This document shows, one piece after another, positions 61,844-64,000 of a DNA stretch of 64,000 nt. This DNA comes from Candidatus Poribacteria bacterium (GTDB lineage Bacteria > Poribacteria > WGA-4E > JAJDTR01), in contig CBDCTK010000002.1 in assembly GCA_965222225.1 (NCBI GenBank), forward strand, positions 416,001 to 480,000, read 5' to 3'. Position numbers and translations under genes: made by a program. The notes under the pieces are model-generated. The model did not search any database, was not told the origin of the DNA, and saw only the letters and a list, made by a program, of their open reading frames with translations. Positions within the stretch are counted from its first letter, which is position 1. Each line of letters begins with the position of its first letter.

Positions 61844-61874
61844 AATTATTCCTCATGTGATATTCAGGCAAATA

Positions 61875-61992
61875 GGACTTGCACAGCAACAGAAAGTCGC
61901 GATTCCGAGTTCGCTCCTACAGGGATTTTAACGCAGAAGCGTGCAATAGACTCCCTTACCGCGAAACTTTAGGTATTAAACTGTGTAAGTCC
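61875..61992. mobile_element. ~120-bp MITE with IS701-like ends enclosing a GTAG-REP
   Basis: GGACTTGCACAG / CTGTGTAAGTCC IRs (11/12); REP GTAGGAGCGAACTCGGAATCGCGAC (minus, 61896-61920). Confidence 0.6.
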
Positions 61993-62355
61993 GAACAAAT
62001 TAATAAACTATAAAAACGAACGGTTCATGATAGCGCGATCCATTGAGCGTTTTTGTTCAGACAGAGCTCTTGGATGCTGATTTGGTATGGGATTATTATA
62101 ACTCGCATTGTTATTTCTGTATAGTCAATTATCTGAGTTGGGAGGGAAGCGTTCCCAGCGCCATTTACGTTTTCGGTTGACTGCAAAACTGAGAAACGAT
62201 AAAATCACACATTAGCGTCGATCTCGGTTGCGTGAGATTCGATGAAGGAACGAGCGAAGTTTCATTTATTACGCCACTGAGAATCGTCGTATACGCGCTT
62301 ATCGGACCATTTGGTCGGATGTCAATAATCCTCCCAGAACGGAGCAAAGTCAGTT

Positions 62356-64000
62356 ATGAACAGCTTACACCCAGACACGCGGATATTGCATATTTCCAAT
62401 GAGGCAAGATGTCAATCAAATGACGCGCTACGATGGCGCTGCATTGGGCCTCCGCGCGGTGGGCGCGTTGTCGCTGTGGCAGGACATCCCTCGGAATTAA
62501 TGACCTTCTACTTTGGCGCGTGTGCTGGCGGCGTTTGGAAAACAGTTGACGGAGGCACGTATTGGGAGAATATCTCGGACGGGTTCTTCAATACTGCATC
62601 TATCGGAGCGCTTGCCGTATCGGAGTCCGATCCAAACGTTATCTACGCAGGCACTGGTGAGACAACAATTCGCTTGGATGTTTCATACGGCGATGGCATC
62701 TATAAGTCGGTTGATGGCGGGAAGACATGGGCTCACCTCGGGTTGGATGAGACACGGCATATCGGCGAAATTCGTGTCCATCCGCAAAATCCCGACTTGG
62801 TCTATGTGGCAGCACTGGGACATGCCTTTGGTCCAAACTCGGAACGCGGCGTCTTTCGTTCCAAGGACGGCGGAGAGAATTGGGAGAAGGTGCTGTTTCG
62901 GAGTGACAAGGCGGGAGCCGTAGATTTGACGATGGACCCCAACAATCCGCGTGTCCTTTTTGCGTCCATTTGGGAGACACATCGCAACTTCTGGGAGCTA
63001 TCGAGTGGCGGTCCCGACAGCAGCCTCTACAGATCGACTGATGGCGGCGATACTTGGGAAGACATTACAAACAATCAAGGTATACCGACGGGCATCAAAG
63101 GAAAAATCGGCGTCTCAATCTCGCCAGCCAAATCTGACCGCGTCTGGGCAATCGTTGAAGCAGAAAAGGGTGGTGTATACTATTCGGAAGATGGCGGTGA
63201 CAAGTGGGAGCTGCTTACATCGAATCATGCGCTCTGGGAACGTCCGTGGTATTACTGTCACATTTTCGCCGATCCACAGGATTCTGAAACAGTATACATC
63301 ACGAATCTCTCAATGTGGAAATCGACCGATGGGGGCAAGACTTTTACCGACATCACTACCCCTCACGGCGACAACCACGACCTATGGATCGATTCGAATG
63401 ACGCGCAGCGCATGATTCTGGGCAATGATGGCGGCGCGTGTGTCTCATTTAACGGGGGTGAAAGTTGGTCATCCATTTACAACCAACTTACTGCGCAATT
63501 CTACCGCATTGCGGTGGATAATCGATTCCCCTACCGTGTTTACGCTACGCAACAGGACAATTCGAGCATTAGCGTTCCCAGCGCCACCGAGTATGGTGGA
63601 ATAAGATGGAACGACTGTTATCCGGCAGGCACGGGTGAAAGTGGTGACATCGCCGTACGCCCCGACGATCCAAATATTGTGTACATCGGAGCGGTTGGCA
63701 GTTCGCCGGGGGGCGGCGGAGTGCTACAACGCTATGATCATCGTACGCGGCATGTTCGACTAATCACCGTTTGGCCCGAGGGATATTTTGGCTGGGGACC
63801 AAGAGATCTCAAGTACCGCTTTTCGTGGACATTTCCCATCACATTGTCCCCGCACAATCCGGATATTCTTTACACCGCGGGAAACTTGGTGTTCCGATCG
63901 ACTGACGAGGGAAACAGTTGGGAAGCTATCAGCCCGGATCTCACGCGTAATGATCAAACCAAGCTTGGACCATCTGGTGGCCCAATTACGCTTGACTGTA
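62356..64000 (+). CDS. BNR/Asp-box (VPS10/sortilin-like) glycosyl hydrolase, partial
   Basis: Manual translation WRCIGPPRGGRV...GGVWKTVDGG...YAGTGE...YKSVDGGKTW; runs off the window; not in the ORF track. Confidence 0.9.
   Translation, partial: MNSLHPDTRILHISNEARCQSNDALRWRCIGPPRGGRVVAVAGHPSELMTFYFGACAGGVWKTVDGGTYWENISDGFFNTASIGALAVSESDPNVIYAGTGETTIRLDVSYGDGIYKSVDGGKTWAHLGLDETRHIGEIRVHPQNPDLVYVAALGHAFGPNSERGVFRSKDGGENWEKVLFRSDKAGAVDLTMDPNNPRVLFASIWETHRNFWELSSGGPDSSLYRSTDGGDTWEDITNNQGIPTGIKGKIGVSISPAKSDRVWAIVEAEKGGVYYSEDGGDKWELLTSNHALWERPWYYCHIFADPQDSETVYITNLSMWKSTDGGKTFTDITTPHGDNHDLWIDSNDAQRMILGNDGGACVSFNGGESWSSIYNQLTAQFYRIAVDNRFPYRVYATQQDNSSISVPSATEYGGIRWNDCYPAGTGESGDIAVRPDDPNIVYIGAVGSSPGGGGVLQRYDHRTRHVRLITVWPEGYFGWGPRDLKYRFSWTFPITLSPHNPDILYTAGNLVFRSTDEGNSWEAISPDLTRNDQTKLGPSGGPITLDC

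Overview
Bacterial chromosomal window of roughly 50% GC (estimated by eye). The gene content (three PhyH dioxygenases, two Gfo/Idh/MocA oxidoreductases, secreted trypsin-TPR proteins, many MITEs and REPs) suggests a Candidatus Poribacteria-like genome; that assignment is inference only. Positions 1-34.5 kb and 57.7-64 kb are mostly housekeeping or metabolic: an IS701 end, a decayed MNT-HEPN pair, queG-tgt-truA, dapL, a sigma-70 factor, nfuA, an archaeal-type ThrRS editing domain, a split DUF6178, UbiA/UbiX, a selenoneine senA-senB pair with no adjacent senC, NlpC/P60 and a BNR-repeat hydrolase. About 34.7-57.7 kb is an accessory island bounded by diverged ~115-bp direct repeats. It holds two IS1595-family elements, a truncated type ISP R-M gene, two trypsin-TPR paralogues, a Cre-like tyrosine recombinase, hicB plus a disrupted hicA, and several pseudogenes. 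The two most unusual signals are (i) a 3.2-kb cargo-carrying IS1595 with convergent promoters defining a sense/antisense structured-RNA pair, several unannotated basic micro-proteins and tandem DnaA boxes, and (ii) a ~35-bp micro-element that appears inserted into GTAG-REPs and into copies of itself, with filled and empty sites both visible. All family assignments come from motif recognition by eye; no searches were run.
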